DNA from: Octopus bimaculoides
Lineage: Eukaryota
Length of the DNA: 64,000 nucleotides
Assembly: GCF_001194135.2 (NCBI RefSeq)
Contig: NC_069001.1
Span: 23,880,831-23,944,830 of the forward strand
Direction of reading: 5' to 3'
Shown here: one piece after another, positions 1-13,541 of the stretch
How positions within the stretch are numbered: position 1 is the first letter of the stretch
How the letters are laid out: each line of letters opens with the position of its first letter
Made by a program: the position numbers and the translations under genes
The notes under the pieces: model-generated
What the model was told of the DNA's origin: nothing
What the model saw: the letters and a program-made list of their open reading frames with translations, nothing else
Database searches by the model: none

Positions 1-19
1 AAATATATATATATATATA

Positions 20-150
20 TGGGAGAATGTACGAAAAAAAACAACAACAGACGAGGACAGGTGGTGTAAACAACAAAAGGATGCATTAGTTTGACGCTCG
101 GGAATACAGAAAGTCTTTAACGTTTCGAGCTACGCTCTTCAACAGAAAGA
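20..150 (-). mobile_element. Penelope-like terminal-repeat fragment (family P2) carrying a hammerhead-like motif
   Basis: Homologous to 23381-23507. Its - strand contains a minimal hammerhead architecture, as described for Penelope-like pLTRs. The PLE assignment is inferred; no PLE ORF is present. Confidence 0.5.
115..149 (-). ncRNA. minimal type I hammerhead-like motif with variant core
   Basis: - strand reads CTTT-CTGTTGA-A-GAGC(GTA)GCTC-GAAAC-GT-T-AAAG: stem I CTTT/AAAG, stem II GAGC/GCTC, palindromic ACGT stem III. The core is CUGUUGA rather than CUGANGA. Confidence 0.45.
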
Positions 151-594
151 ATACGGAGAAAACAAGGAGAAAAACATGGAGAAAAAATATATATATATGT
201 GTGTGTGTGTGTCTGTGTGTGTGTGTGTGTCAGTGTTTGTCCCCCACCATCACTTGATGACCGATGTTAGTTTGTCTACATCCCTGTAATCTAGCAGTTC
301 GCCAAAAGAGACCGAGAGAATAAGCACTTTAGAAAGTATCTTATACTACAGCCCAGGGCCAACTAAATCTTTGTGAGTGGATTTGGTAAACAAAAACTGA
401 AAGAAACTTTTATACACACACGCACACACTCTCATTCACACACACATATATGTTGGGCTTCATAACAGCTTTTATCTACCAAATTCACATACAAGGCATT
501 AATTGGCTCAGGGTGACAGCAGAAGGCACTTGCCCAAAGTGCCATACAGTGGGACTGAACCTGAAACTGCATTGCAAACTTTTTAACCATCTTT

Positions 595-1340
595 TATCTG
601 TTTCTTGTTTTAGTCATTAGAGTGTGGCCATGCTGGAGTACAACTTTCAAGAATATTTAGTCAAATGAGTCGACCCCAGGACAATTTTTGAAAGCCTGGT
701 ACTTATTTTATCAGTCTTTTGCCAAACTGCTAAGTTATGAGGATGTAAACATACCAACACTGGTTTTCAAGCTGTAGTGGACAACTAATACACACCCAAA
801 GACATATATTTGTCTATATTTGTCATGAGGCTTTGGTCAATTGGGGTTATAGTAGAAAACACTTGCCCAAGGTGCCACATAATGGAATTGAACCTGGAAC
901 CATGTGATTAGAAAGCAATCTTCTTACCACACAGCCACATCTGCATTTAAATTGTTTTCATTAAATACATCTTTCTTCATTCTTTTACTTGTTTCAGTCA
1001 TTTGACTGTGGCCATGCTGGAGCACCACTTCAAAGGGTTTTATTCAAAGAAATTGACCCCAGGACATATTCTTTGTAAGCCTAGTACTTATCCTATTGGT
1101 CTCTTTTGCCGAACCACTAAGTTATGGGGACATAAACACACCAACATCGGTTGTCAAGTAATGGTAGGGGGCAAACACAGGCACACACATAAATACATAC
1201 ATATTACCAAATCCACTCACAAGGCTTTGATTGGCCTGAAGCTATAGTAGAAGACACTTACCTAAGGTGCCATGCAGTGGGACTGAACTCGGAACCATGT
1301 GCTTGGTAAGCAAGCTTCTTATCACACAGCCATACCTGCA
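595..1340 (-). mobile_element. two adjacent tRNA/CORE-type SINE copies (family A, octopus OR-like)
   Basis: tRNA-like head (GTGTGGTAAGAAG...GGTTCAGTCCC), CORE-like GGCACCTTGGGCAAGTGTCTT block, central microsatellite and GACTGAAACAAGTAAAAG tail, all on the - strand. Confidence 0.75.
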
Positions 1341-2477
1341 CCTGTGAATTTTATATAAAAATATGATAAATTATTTACTGTATTAGCTGTTATACAACTC
1401 TGTGTATTATAAATGGTATGATAACCTTCATAATTAAAATACGTGTTATACATGGTAGCATATTATTCATGAGCATTATGGTAAATTTACAGAATTTAAT
1501 TAGAGACTAAAATCAGAGTAATATTTTAATTAGAATATGACAGAGACTTTGTTAGCGAATAGTGTTAACTATTTCAAGTGACGACATCTCTCCTATATGA
1601 AAGCAAATTTGTTGAGCATACTACCATGCTACCTTGTAGTTTCACAAATGATTGCTAATAAATATTAATCTTATAAGATGAGCAACTGTCTTATAAATTT
1701 TCAAACTAATTAATAATTACTTACATAACATGATATATCAATCTGACGTGACAATGAAATCACTCTTAAACACCGAGTCGGTAGCAGGATATGAATTACT
1801 CTCCTTTCCAGTAGTTGTAAACTTAAAAACACACCCTTTGTCATTTTGTTGATGTCATCACTGTGTAGCCCCGGGTTAATACAGATTGACTTGACTTATT
1901 GTCAAGGGCGTTCCAGCTGTGACAACCCCAAGAGTTTAAGACTATGTCTAGAACTATATTATCCAATGTTGCCTTTCATCCCATTTTACTGTTGGTGCCA
2001 TATATTCATGCTTGCCCCGAGGTACATCATTTGACATCTCTAGATCAGAATCAATTTATTTAAAACTGTTGGGGGTGATTTGAAAGAGATTTAATTGTTT
2101 TCTCTAGCAGGCAAAACAGATACTCACATTTTGACTTTTGCTTTAGCCTTCAGCATTGTTCCAGGAGGTGTGTGTGTACACACACACACACACACACATA
2201 TATACATATCTATTTTTTTCTGTTTTTTANNNNNNNNNNATATATATATGAATGTGTGTGTGTGTGTGTATTTCATCTTGTTTTAGTTATTTGACTGCAG
2301 ACATGCTGGGGTACCACCTTCAAAGGTTTAGTTAAACAAATTAACTCCAGCACTTACATTTTACACAAAATCTGTTTCTTTTTCTATCAGTTTCTTTTCC
2401 TGTTAAGTTACTGGAACATAAACAAACCAACACTGGTTGTCAACCAATTCAGAAAGACAATCATAAACACACATATA

Positions 2478-3662
2478 CACAGACATAGCAGAAGTAAATA
2501 GACACCCTTATAATCATTAACATTTCTGTAAATCTGAAATTATGCATTCACATTATTTATTAACTGTTAGGACCCTATTAGGCATGATATTGATCTGATA
2601 ATGAATATTCACTTGCAGAATTTCTTGCCAAGTTTTATGCAGTAATCTCAAAAGATCTGGATTTGAAGACGCTTTTTTTTCTTTTATAAAGTTTCCAGTC
2701 CATTATGTCCCAGAGGTGTTTAATAGGGTTCATATCTGGTGACTGTCTTGGCCATGGAAGCTTTTTAATGCCATCCTCATCCAACACATCTTGGGTCATT
2801 TTAGACTTGTGACAAGGAGCCCCATCTTCCATAAAGTTTTCTTTAATCATTTCACCACTGGAGAAGATTTGAAGGAGTCATTTATGCAGTATGGACACAT
2901 ATTTATCTGAGTTTGTTTCCTTCACACTCCAACAGCTCTGATCAACTATTGCTCCAAATTGCTCCCCAGATCATCACAAAAATAACTGCTGTGTTTCATT
3001 GTTGGCTGCAACTTTTTCACTTCAAATTCTTGATCACAGTCTGCAGACCTACATTTGATCACTGTCAGGAAATCCAACATATCTGGACTCATCAGAGGAT
3101 ACGACAGTGTCCCAAAATGCTAATGACCTCTCCACCATCTATCTCACTGGTCCGATCTTTTCTCTGCTTGATGTTGGCTGGTCAAAGAAGTGGCTTCCTT
3201 CTCGCTGCACTGCCAAAGTAACCAAGTTTGTGGAGATACCTGACAGCTGTTTTGGGACTGACATTAACTTGTTCTGCTATGTCAGAAGCCTTGCAATGAG
3301 GATTATCTCTAAGCAAAGAGAAGAGTTCTGTCAGAGGGCCCTAGTTGATCTGGGTGAGGTGATGTGAACTCCTTCCCCTCTCTGGTGAATTGCACAACCA
3401 TTCTATTAACTGTTGAAAGCAGGATCTCAAGGTTTTCTGCAATTTTACACTGACTCTGTCCACCTTCAGAATGACCCACAATATGGCCTCTTTGAAATTC
3501 AGACAGTGCCAAGGCTTCTTTTGTACATGGCATGATTAAACAGTCACATATAGAACCTGAAACATAAAAATGTCAATTGATAAAAAATATAAACCTTTAC
3601 AAGCTAGAATATATATAAAATGATGTCTTATGGGTTGTCTATTTACTTCTGTCATGCTTGTG
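2478..3662 (-). mobile_element. decayed Tc1-family DNA transposon
   Basis: TIRs CACAGACATAGCAGAAGTAAATAGACACCC and CACAAGCATGACAGAAGTAAATAGACAACC, with TA on both sides. - strand fragments encode the N-terminal HTH (LSEFQRGHIVG, 3309-3533) and the catalytic C-terminus (EDGAPCH...WPRQSPDMNPIKHLW, 2635-2850). Confidence 0.9.
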
Positions 3663-3680
3663 TACATATATACATATATA

Positions 3681-4584
3681 TTGGGTCATGCCATAAATAA
3701 TACGGCTTTTTCAATTTCATGAACTAAAAGTCAGAAGGGGCATGAGATAAACTACCTGCATTAATTTGCTATAAAAGCAGGTTGTAATTTGTACCTTGTC
3801 CTTATTTTTAGTGCAAGTTTTGAAGAGTGCAGTTCGATCTTAACAGTTATTTTTCCAAAGCTGTAATGGAATTGAGAAAGGAGCATATTTGGTATATTTT
3901 GTTTTATGAGTTCAATAAAGGCAACACCACAATGGAAAGTGCAAGGAATATTAATGCAGTATAAGGGGATCAGACAATAAGTGTAAGCCAGTGTCAATGA
4001 TGGTTCTAGAAATTCCAAGCCGGAAACTACAGCCTAGAAGATGAGCCTCATATGGGAAGATCTGTAGAGCTTGATAAAGAGGTCCTGCAAACCCTGGTGG
4101 AACAAAATCCCATTGTAACTGTTGAGGAATTAGCAGAGAAGTTGGAGTTGGTCATTCAACCAGTCAACACTAGAAGAAAAATGACCATCTTTGGTTTCAA
4201 GACGAAAGGTGTTCTTCCATTTGGATAATGTTCGACCAAATACTGCGAGGATAACATTCCAGTAGCTGGAGCAGTTTGAATGGAAAATGATGCCCCCCCC
4301 CATCCACCAATGTTTGCCCCAACCTATTATCATTTATTCTGCAGTCTTCAAAATCATTTTTTGGATGGAAAGAATATGAATTTTGTAGATGAGGTCAGAA
4401 CAGTATTTTTCATCACTGACAAGTGAATTTTGGAAGAGGAGCTTTGCAAGTCTACCAGAGAGATGGAAGAGCATTGTAGGAAATGAAAGAGAGTATATTT
4501 TAGATTAAATAAGAGCTTTGTTTATCTTAATTTTGAAAAATAAAAGAAATATAAAAAACTGGGATTATTTATGGGATGACCTAA
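3681..4584 (+). mobile_element. internally deleted mariner element
   Basis: TIRs TTGGGTCATGCCATAAATAAT and TTAGGTCATCCCATAAATAAT with TA flanks. From ATG 3866 it translates to MELRKEHIWYILFYEFNKG...LEDEPHMGRSVEL with stops, followed by DNVRP and HPP..APTYYHLF remnants. Confidence 0.88.
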
Positions 4585-4599
4585 TACATACAAACATGT

Positions 4600-5010
4600 T
4601 ACCAAGAAATTTATTGAGAGAGAAAAAAGCTTCTTCAAAGCAAACAACACTAGACTTGTTTTTTTGAAAAAGAAATCTACGATCTGTCTATGAGTGCTTG
4701 TGAATCAGTGATTGCATCTACAAGTGATGGTGTGTGTGAGTCTAGTACGAGTGAAAGTGATTCAGAAAACAATTATAATAATACTTTTCCCTATAAATGA
4801 TCTTGACATTTTTTTTTACTTTACATAACATATTCATTACATTCTGTTGTCATTTTATTGCCACTTATATATGAATATTATAAATTTTTAGATAAAATAT
4901 TTTTCTGGGAACGAATTACGATTTATAACATTGCTACTGTGGGAAATTATTGGTCTGTTTCAGGAGTTTTTTGCTTTAGAAGTGGTCACCAGGAACAAAT
5001 TAACTCATAT
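4600..5010 (+). mobile_element. possible pogo/Tigger 3' remnant
   Basis: KQTTLDLFF-like C-terminal peptide near 4640 and a Tigger-like subterminal GGAACGAATTA...ATTGCTACTGTGGGAAA segment; no clear TIR. Confidence 0.35.
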
Positions 5011-7715
5011 ACTGAGGCATTGCAGCATGCATATTATGTTTTTCTTACCCAAACTATTATAAAATATTTAATGTATCTAAATTGTTTATCGGCATAATTA
5101 CCTCCATATATATATGTATATATATATATATATATATNNNNNNNNNNNNNNNNNNNNNNNNNNNNNNNNNNNNNNNNNNNNNNNNNNNNNNNNNNNNNNN
5201 NNNNNNNNNNNNNNNNNNNNNNNNNNNNNNNNNNNNNNNNNNNNNNNNNNNNNNNNNNNNNNNNNNNNNNNNNNNNNNNNNNNNNNNNNNNNNNNNNNNN
5301 NNNNNNNNNNNNNNNNNNNNNNNNNNNNNNNNNNNNNNNNNNNNNNNNNNNNNNNNNNNNNNNNNNNNNNNNNNNNNNNNNNNNNNNNNNNNNNNNNNNN
5401 NNNNNNNNNNNNNNNNNNNNNNNNNNNNNNNNNNNNNNNNNNNNTATATATATATATATATATATATTTATTTATATATATATCTTCTATCTTCTATCAT
5501 AGCCTCGGGCTATGATAGAAGACATTTGTCCAAGGTGTCACACAGTGGAACTGACTCCAGAACCATGTGGTTAGGAAGCAAACTTCTTGTTACACAACCA
5601 TGTCTTCCCTTATCTCAACTTTTAATACGCAAATTATCTCACACAATATTATACAGAATGTATGCACTTCTTAAAAAAAAAAAAAAAAAGAGATTTGGCA
5701 ACCATTTCTAGCTAGTCATTTGACCACAATACACAAATTATCTCATACAGTATTATACAGAATGTACACCTTTCAGAAAAATAAAGAAGAGATAAAGTTG
5801 TGATCTGAGAGTGATTTGGCAGCCATTTCTAGCTAGTCATTTGACCACATAGAGCTTCTTTCTCATTGGTTCAATATGGCTGTTGAGTGGTTATTATGAG
5901 GCCGAGTGTCAGTGTTCTTAATGGACATGCATGACTGTAATTGCATAATGATGTCTATTAGTAACAGTGTGAAGTTAATATCATCAAAGAGAAAATGAGA
6001 AGGTAAACAAATGCAATGAATGTTGGGATGCAATTGGAAGGAGTGAAGCCTTTCATTGATGAAGAAAGCGAAGAATGAATGTGCATTAGATACCTCATCT
6101 GCTGTTAGTCTCACTTGCTCTTCTCAAAACATACCAACACACACACACACACACCTATATGTATATATATANNNNNNNNNNNNNNNNNNNNNNNNNNNNN
6201 NNNNNNNNNNNNNNNNNNNNNNNNNNNNNNNNNNNNNNNNNNNNNNNNNNNNNNNNNNNNNNNNNNNNNNNNNNNNNNNNNNNNNNNNNNNNNNNNNNNN
6301 NNNNNNNNNNNNNNNNNNNNNNNNNNNNNNNNNNNNNNNNNNNNNNNNNNNNNNNNNNNNNNNNNNNNNNNNNNNNNNNNNNNNNNNNNNNNNNNNNNNN
6401 NNNNNNNNNNNNNNNNNNNNNNNNNNNNNNNNNNNNNNNNNNNNNNNNNNNNNNNNNNNNNNNNNNNNNNNNNNNNNNNNNNNNNNNNNNNNNNNNNNNN
6501 NNNNNNNNNNNNNNNNNNNNNNNNNNNNNNNNNNNNNNNNNNNNNNNNNNNNNNNNNNNNNNNNNNNNNNNNNNNNNNNNNNNNNNNNNNNNNNNNNNNN
6601 NNNNNNNNNNNNNNNNNNNNNNNTATATATATATATATATATGTATACCCATTTTGTTCATATTCTCCAAACAATTCATGCTAAAGCATGGTTGGCGGTT
6701 TCTTGTGTACTAATTCCAGTGACTATCACCGTGGGAAAAATATGTTTGGGAAAGGATTTCAATAGAAATGCTATTCTGATGCAAGACAGATTGGACAACA
6801 TACCATGCTTCTGAGATACTTTTACTTTCAACCATTTGTCTGACAACCTGTACATTAAACATTTATGAAGAATTCATTTATTTACATTAGAAATTTCACG
6901 TTAGACTAAATGAGAAAAGACATTCTCCAATCTGCAGGCTTCCAAGGGAGATAAACACCTTGTTCTGAACTCTGACTCTTTAATGGTAAACTTGTTAACT
7001 AAGCTGCTCTAGATACCATCCATTCTCCCAAGAGCAAAGCAAAGATAAATGAATCCTCACAGAGCCATCAGCACAAATGGTCAATTTGACTTTTAAGAAT
7101 TTTTATTTCTCTAATGCAATTCTCTCTTTTCTAATTCTTCTGGGAAATAACTAAAACATCAAATCCAACATTTTCCTCTTTAAAGTGGCTTTGGCTAAAA
7201 GATAATCTTCCTAGGACCGATCAAACTTTTATCTAATTATAGACCCCTCTTTCAGAGTTTGACAAAGAAAACATTTAAAGAGACTTTATGTATCATGTGC
7301 TTATGCGCAAAATGGTCTGCTTGGCTCCTGTACAGAGGGCATTAGTGTACACAAGCTGCAACGGAATGCATAATCACTGCTAAGGTATTATCTCTCTAAC
7401 ACTTAGTACCCATTGCTATCCTTGTTGTCATTGATTTTTACCTTCTTCTTCAGCTTAATAATAACAGTGATGATGATGATGATGATAATAGCAATAAAAA
7501 TGATGATGACGATGATGATAATGGTTTAATGGGTGCAGGCATGGCTGTGTGGCAAGAAATTTGTTTCCCAACCACATGGTTTTGGGTTCAGTCCGACTGC
7601 TTGGCACCTTGTACAAGTGTCTTCTGTTAGAGTTGCTATAGACTTCTGAGTGGGCTTGGTAGATGGAAACTAAAAGAAGCCCATCGTATCTATCTATCTA
7701 TCCATCTATCTATCC

Positions 7716-7758
<43 letters not shown>

Positions 7759-7768
7759 NNNNNNNNNN

Positions 7769-7851
<83 letters not shown>

Positions 7852-8507
7852 TATATGTGTGTGTGTGTGTTACTGTACCCTTCCTTACCTTACAATTGTA
7901 TGCTAGTTGTAAATGTGTGATGGCATCATGCAAGCAGTGTCCATCAAAAACATGTCTGACCATGGAATAATATCACCTTGCTCGGAAACAGGCAAGAGTT
8001 GGTGAACAGGAAGGGCATCCAGTTGTAGAAAATCTGCCTCTGCAAATTCTGTCCAACCCATGCGGACACAGAAAAGCAGATGTTAAAATGGTGATGTTAT
8101 AAATTTTAGCACAAAGCCAGTAAGTTTTATGATATGGGTTAGTTGGTACCATCAAACCCATAGAATTAGATTGGTACTTTATTTTATTAACCCCTAGAAG
8201 GACAAAAAGCAAAGTTGACCTCAGCAGGATCTGAACTCAAAACTTAGTGGCAGACGAAATACCGCTAATCATTTCATCCAGCATGCTAATGATTCTGCCA
8301 GCTCACCACCTTTCTACCACCTTAATAATGATTACACACATACACACACAATGGGCTTTCATGCTGTTTCTATCTACCAAATTCACTGACAAGGAACTGG
8401 TCAGCCCAGGCCTATAGTAGAAGACATTTGTCCAAGGTGCTGTGCAGTGGGACTCAACACAAAACCATGTGGTTACAAAACAAGCCTCTCGTCCATGCAG
8501 CTATACT

Positions 8508-8705
8508 ATTTTACTTGTTTCAGTCATTTGACTGTCGCCATGCTAGAGCACCGCCTTTAGTCAAAGAAATTGACCCCAGGACTTATTCTTTGTAAGCCTA
8601 ATACTTATTCTATCGGTCACTTTTGCCGAAGCGCTATGTTACGGGGACATAAACACACCAGCATCGATTGTCAAGCGATATTGGGGGACAAACACAGACA
8701 CACAA

Positions 8706-8737
<32 letters not shown>

Positions 8738-8912
8738 GCGCACACATATATTTATACATATATACAACGGGCTTCTTTCAGTTTCCATCTACCAAATCCA
8801 CTCACAAGGCTTTGGCCGGCCTGAGGCTCTAGTAGAATACACTTGCCCAAGGTGCCACACAGTGGGACTGAACCCAGAACCATGTGGTTGGTAAGCAAGC
8901 GACTTACCACAC
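8508..8912 (-). mobile_element. full-length family A CORE-type SINE
   Basis: Head at 8765-8912, (CA)n/(TA)n middle, 3' half at 8508-8700. Confidence 0.8.
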
Positions 8913-9043
8913 AGCCACTTCTATGTTTAACTATCCATGTAACATTCACCAGAAAATTTTGTTTGATTCCAGTACATTTTCTGTCAAAATTATTGAGAGC
9001 CTCTGATATGTACCTTTAGATATGAACGTGTTTGCTTTGACAG

Positions 9044-9075
9044 TTCTTCATTGTGAAGTGACATATAATGATCAA
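9044..9075 (+). CDS. candidate 32-nt micro-exon (xLHCEVTYNDQ)
   Basis: tttgctttgacAG acceptor and GTATGT donor; only one open frame (phase 1 to 0). Confidence 0.3.
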
Positions 9076-9143
9076 GTATGTATCTAACAAAGCAATGTGA
9101 AAATGATGAAGTTATGATAATCTGCAAAATGTCTGTCCCACAG

Positions 9144-9157
9144 GCAATAAGAATTAG
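9144..9157 (+). CDS. candidate 14-nt micro-exon (AIRI+AG)
   Basis: gtctgtcccacAG acceptor and GTGAGC donor; the only open frame is phase 0 to 2, matching the preceding candidate across a 68-nt intron. Confidence 0.3.
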
Positions 9158-9849
9158 GTGAGCCACCAGAACATAATAATCCAAGACAGAAATGAGAAAT
9201 TCTTTATTCTGATGGACATTCAATCACTTTTTGCCAAAATATCACTTGCAAAGAAGTCAAGAAACTATTACATAACAAAGGGAAAATAAATGAAGATAAA
9301 CATGAGAAAAACTGTTCCAGTAATCAGTGGAGTAGTTGGTATGACAAAGAAAAACACAAACAAAAACATAAACAAAAACATGAATGCGAAATGGAGGATC
9401 GCAATTTTTCACACAGTCAAAAGCATAGCACGACTATGTACAGCCTACATCCTACACCAGATGCATTCAATTTCATACTACAACTCATGTGGCAGACAGA
9501 CAGATAGATGCACACATGCACGTGCACACTCACACACACACACACATATGCACTCCCCCACACACAAATGACAAGTGAAGCTACATATGCTTAACTTTTG
9601 ATTTCATATCACAGCAACGTTATCTTGCCTTACATGTTGTTAACATGTTTCAGTCCACGTCCACCTTTACCCCTCTTCATGTAGAGCCTGTGTACATTTG
9701 CCTTAGTGTGGAGGGCACTGTACATTGTCGTTGTCTTTTGGGTAGTGCAATTGAGTTGATTAATCTCTGCTTGTTATTATTATTTAGGTCACCTTTGTTA
9801 AGCCACCTCCATGATGCTTCCTGGTCTTTTGATTTGTTGGTTTCATGGA

Positions 9850-10154
9850 GGAACTGACCAGAATCGTTGAGCTACAAGAATCGTTACCATGCTGAGCAAA
9901 ATGTTTAGCGGTATTTCATCCGTCTTTACATTCTGAGATCAAATTCCACCAAGGTTGATTTTAGCCTTCATCCTTTCAGGGTCGATAAAATAAGTACCAG
10001 TTAAGCATTGGGGTCAATACAGTCAACTTGCCCCCACTCCATAAATTGCTAACCTTGTGCCATAATTCGAGACCATTATTATTATAATTATTACTATTAT
10101 TATTATTATAATTATTACTATTATTATTATTATTATTATTATTATAATTATTAC

Positions 10155-10199
<45 letters not shown>

Positions 10200-10410
10200 C
10201 TTTAAGGCGGTGAGCTGGAGAATAGTTGGCATGCTGGGCAAAATGCTTAGCAGTATCTCATCTATCTTTATGTTCTGAGTTCAAATTCTGCTGAGGTCAA
10301 GCTTGCCTTTCATCCTTTCAGGGTTGATAAAATAATTACCAGTTGAGCACTGGGGTTGATGTAATAGGCTTACTTCCTCCCTCGAAATTTCAGGCCTTGT
10401 GCCTATATTA
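9850..10410 (+). mobile_element. two family B tRNA-derived SINE fragments around an (ATT)n tract, with an inverted piece between them
   Basis: GAGCTGGCAGAA...GAGTTCAAATTC...TTTGCCTTTCATCCTTTC(A/G)GGGTCGATAAA block occurs twice; (ATT)n at 10076-10199. Confidence 0.72.
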
Positions 10411-12243
10411 GAAAGAATTATTATTATTGTTATTATTTAAAACAGTTTGGTTCAGCCTCTTCTTACAGAAATCTGGCTTGTTGGGCTGAGTTAGTCAAAT
10501 AAAGGAAGTCCAAGATGGGTACCAGAAACTGGGATGCTATTTATTAAGTGATATTAGAAATGAAATTGACATTCAAGTGACCCCAAATGCATTAAAAAGG
10601 AAAATTTCTTGGCCCATGTAGCTGGACAGAAAACTGGTGGCACCTAGCTGCCTGGTCAGCTTCTGAAGGTATTTGCAGGAAATCAAATACATGGCTGGTG
10701 AAGGTGTATATATGTATGTATATCAGCTGTATGAGTGCATAGATGTCGGTGTCTACTTATGGAAGTGTATCTGCTATACATGTGTATAAGGATGGTGGAG
10801 CCTGCGTTTAAGTTGCTTTCTAGATGAGGTCTGATAGCATCAGCTAGTTGATGCATGTGTGTGTGTTTGCTTGGGTAGACGTATGTAAGGGTGCAGGTGA
10901 GGGTCAGCTGTGTGTGAGTACATTATTTTCATTTTCCTTGTGTTTACTTTCCAGTTCTTCTGAGCTGGGTTTCACTCCAACAAATAAAAGCAAACTTTCT
11001 ACTTAATATCAATTTCATGCCCCTTGTCTCAGTTCTGATGCAACTCTGTCACCTTTATTGGTCATTAAAACTGACATGTTCATTTTGGTGACCCCTGATC
11101 ATAGGTTACTTGTCATTAAATCAGCTTTTACTACATTCCCATACTGTGAGACAAAATACAGCTCTAGCCATGGGGCTACATTGTTTTCAATGTCTGTTAT
11201 TTTGACTCTTATGTTTCTTGCAGTCATGGCTGTGTGGTAAGAAGTTTGCTTTCCAACTACATGGTTCTGGACNNNNNNNNNNTTCTACTACCAGTAGCAT
11301 AGCATGTAAAAATTTAGTCCATACACTATATTCCCTTTGAAGTTTTATCCCTAATAGTGGTTTGGAACTTAGCTGTTCTTTCTAGTGTGCAAGGAATCCT
11401 ATGATGGATACCTCTTATGTGTTTAAATGTACAATGTATTTATATATATATATGTGTGTGTCTGTCTTTGTATCTGTGTTTGTCCCCCCACCACTGCTTG
11501 ACAACTTAGTGTCGATGTCTTTACATCAACTTAGCAGTTTAGCAAAAGAGATAAATAGCATAAGCCACTGGCTTAAAAATAGCAAGTATTGGGGTCGATT
11601 CATTGGGTGAAAAATTCTTCAAAGCAGTGCTCCAGCATGGCTGCAGTCTGATGACTGAAACAAGTAAAAAAAATAAAAGTCAAAGATACTGCAGCATAGG
11701 TGCACCTGACAATTCCAGCCTGTATTTTAGTTACCTTTTCAGTTATAGAGATACAGCAAATAGTGCCAACATTTTTACCTATTTCAATTGAAATAATTTA
11801 TTCTAATATCTCCTGGAGAATTTGTTGTACTTCTTGACATGACAAAAAATTTAACTCTCTTCTATCCTTTTTTCTAAGAGAAATTACATAATTTTTCTCT
11901 TCACCCCACCCCAACTTTTGTGCCAAAAATATATTGTTGGGTTTTACAAAATTCTCCTTTTCATATATTTCTCTTGTAGCTGTGACAAGTCCATAAACTC
12001 TATCTGTTCATTTTGAATTGAGAGAAAGTTTGTATCCACACAGCTGCTCTATGAATGGACTGTAATATTTGAAATTGTGTAAGAGTTATTTCTTCTACTC
12101 TTATGGTTGTTGTTACAGTCACTGCTTGCCAAAATATTTATTTGAGTATTTAGAAAACTTTCTTCTATTAATTGTTCTCTAAACTGTCCATTTTTATCTC
12201 CTTCCTCTTGCTTATTTAGTTGTTTGCTTTGATTTTTGTGTTA

Positions 12244-12278
<35 letters not shown>

Positions 12279-12809
12279 TCTGGCTATTGAATTATTTTGT
12301 TGTGTTGTATAATTGTGTGGAAGCCATTTTAGATTTTGCACACGTAAATAAAAGTATAAACGTTTATAAAACAAAATAAACCACGATTTTTTGTTTTTTA
12401 ATCTGCCCCATGGATATTGAGGAGAGACTATGTTTAGTAATTGTAGTTCTTTTTGCTTTTCACAAGTACTCCAAAAAAAATTTCATCTGTAATCCTCCAA
12501 GAATTTGTATTTTGAAGGAAAAATGTTTTCAAAAGTTACATCATAGCACTGTAAGAGAACAAACATACTGCTGCTGCTGCTACTACTACTACTACTATAA
12601 TAGCAATAATAATAATAATAATAATAATAATGATAATAATAATAATGGTATCAAATTTTGGGACAAGGCCCACAGTTTCAGGGGAAGTTGATTACATCGA
12701 CCCCAAGGCTCTACTAGTCCTTCTCTTATTAATAAACACAGACATACACGTATATATATATATCGTCATCATTATCATTGTTTAATGTCCATCTTCCATG
12801 CATGCATGG

Positions 12810-12842
<33 letters not shown>

Positions 12843-12864
12843 CGATGGGATTCCACGCAGTTTC

Positions 12865-13097
12865 CTATTTCTTTATTACCCACAAGGGGCTAAACATAGA
12901 GGGAACAAACAAGGACAGACAAAGGGATTAAGTTAATTACATTGACTTCAGTACGTAACTGGTACTTAATTTATCGACCCCGAAAGGATGAAAGGCAAAG
13001 TTGACCTCGGGGGAATTTGAACTCAGAACGTCACAGGAGACGAAATACTGCTAAGCATTTCGCCCGGCGTGCTAACATTTCTGCCAGCTTGTCACCC
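12865..13097 (-). mobile_element. family B SINE
   Basis: Close match to 48193-48418 and 39529-39764. Confidence 0.8.
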
Positions 13098-13541
13098 TCA
13101 GTTTCCATTGACCAATTAGCTCACACAGCATTCGTCAGCCCAGGCCTATGGGAGACGGCACTTGCCCAAAGTGCTACACAGTGGGACTCAACCTGAAACC
13201 ACATGGTTGCAAATTGAATTTCTTAGAAGTGAACCACGCCTGCACTAAGAGAAAGATACTTACATAAACCATGCATGTGGGGAATTGTGCACAGGTTACA
13301 TTAAGGAGATCAAATCTTATAAAGACACATCTAATCATCATGTAACGTTCATTTTCCATGCTGGCATGGGTTGGACAGTTTGACAAGAGCTGACAAGCCA
13401 GAGAGCTGGACTAGGCTCCATTGTTTACTTTGGGATCATTTCTATGGCTGGATGCCCTTCCTCATGCAAACTACTTTACAGAGTGTACTGGATGGTTTTT
13501 GTGTGGCACCAGCCATATATATATGTGTGTGTGTGTGTGCT

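Noticed and set aside
1725-1821. - strand exon candidates (1725-1821, 14209-14238, 29652-29675)
   Set aside because: They have weaker acceptors or donors, no consistent chain and no recognisable peptide; treated as background for the + strand calls.
12410-12691. ORF with a signal-peptide-like start (MDIEERLCLVIVVLFAF)
   Set aside because: It runs into microsatellite and SINE sequence, with no good donor and no homology recognised.
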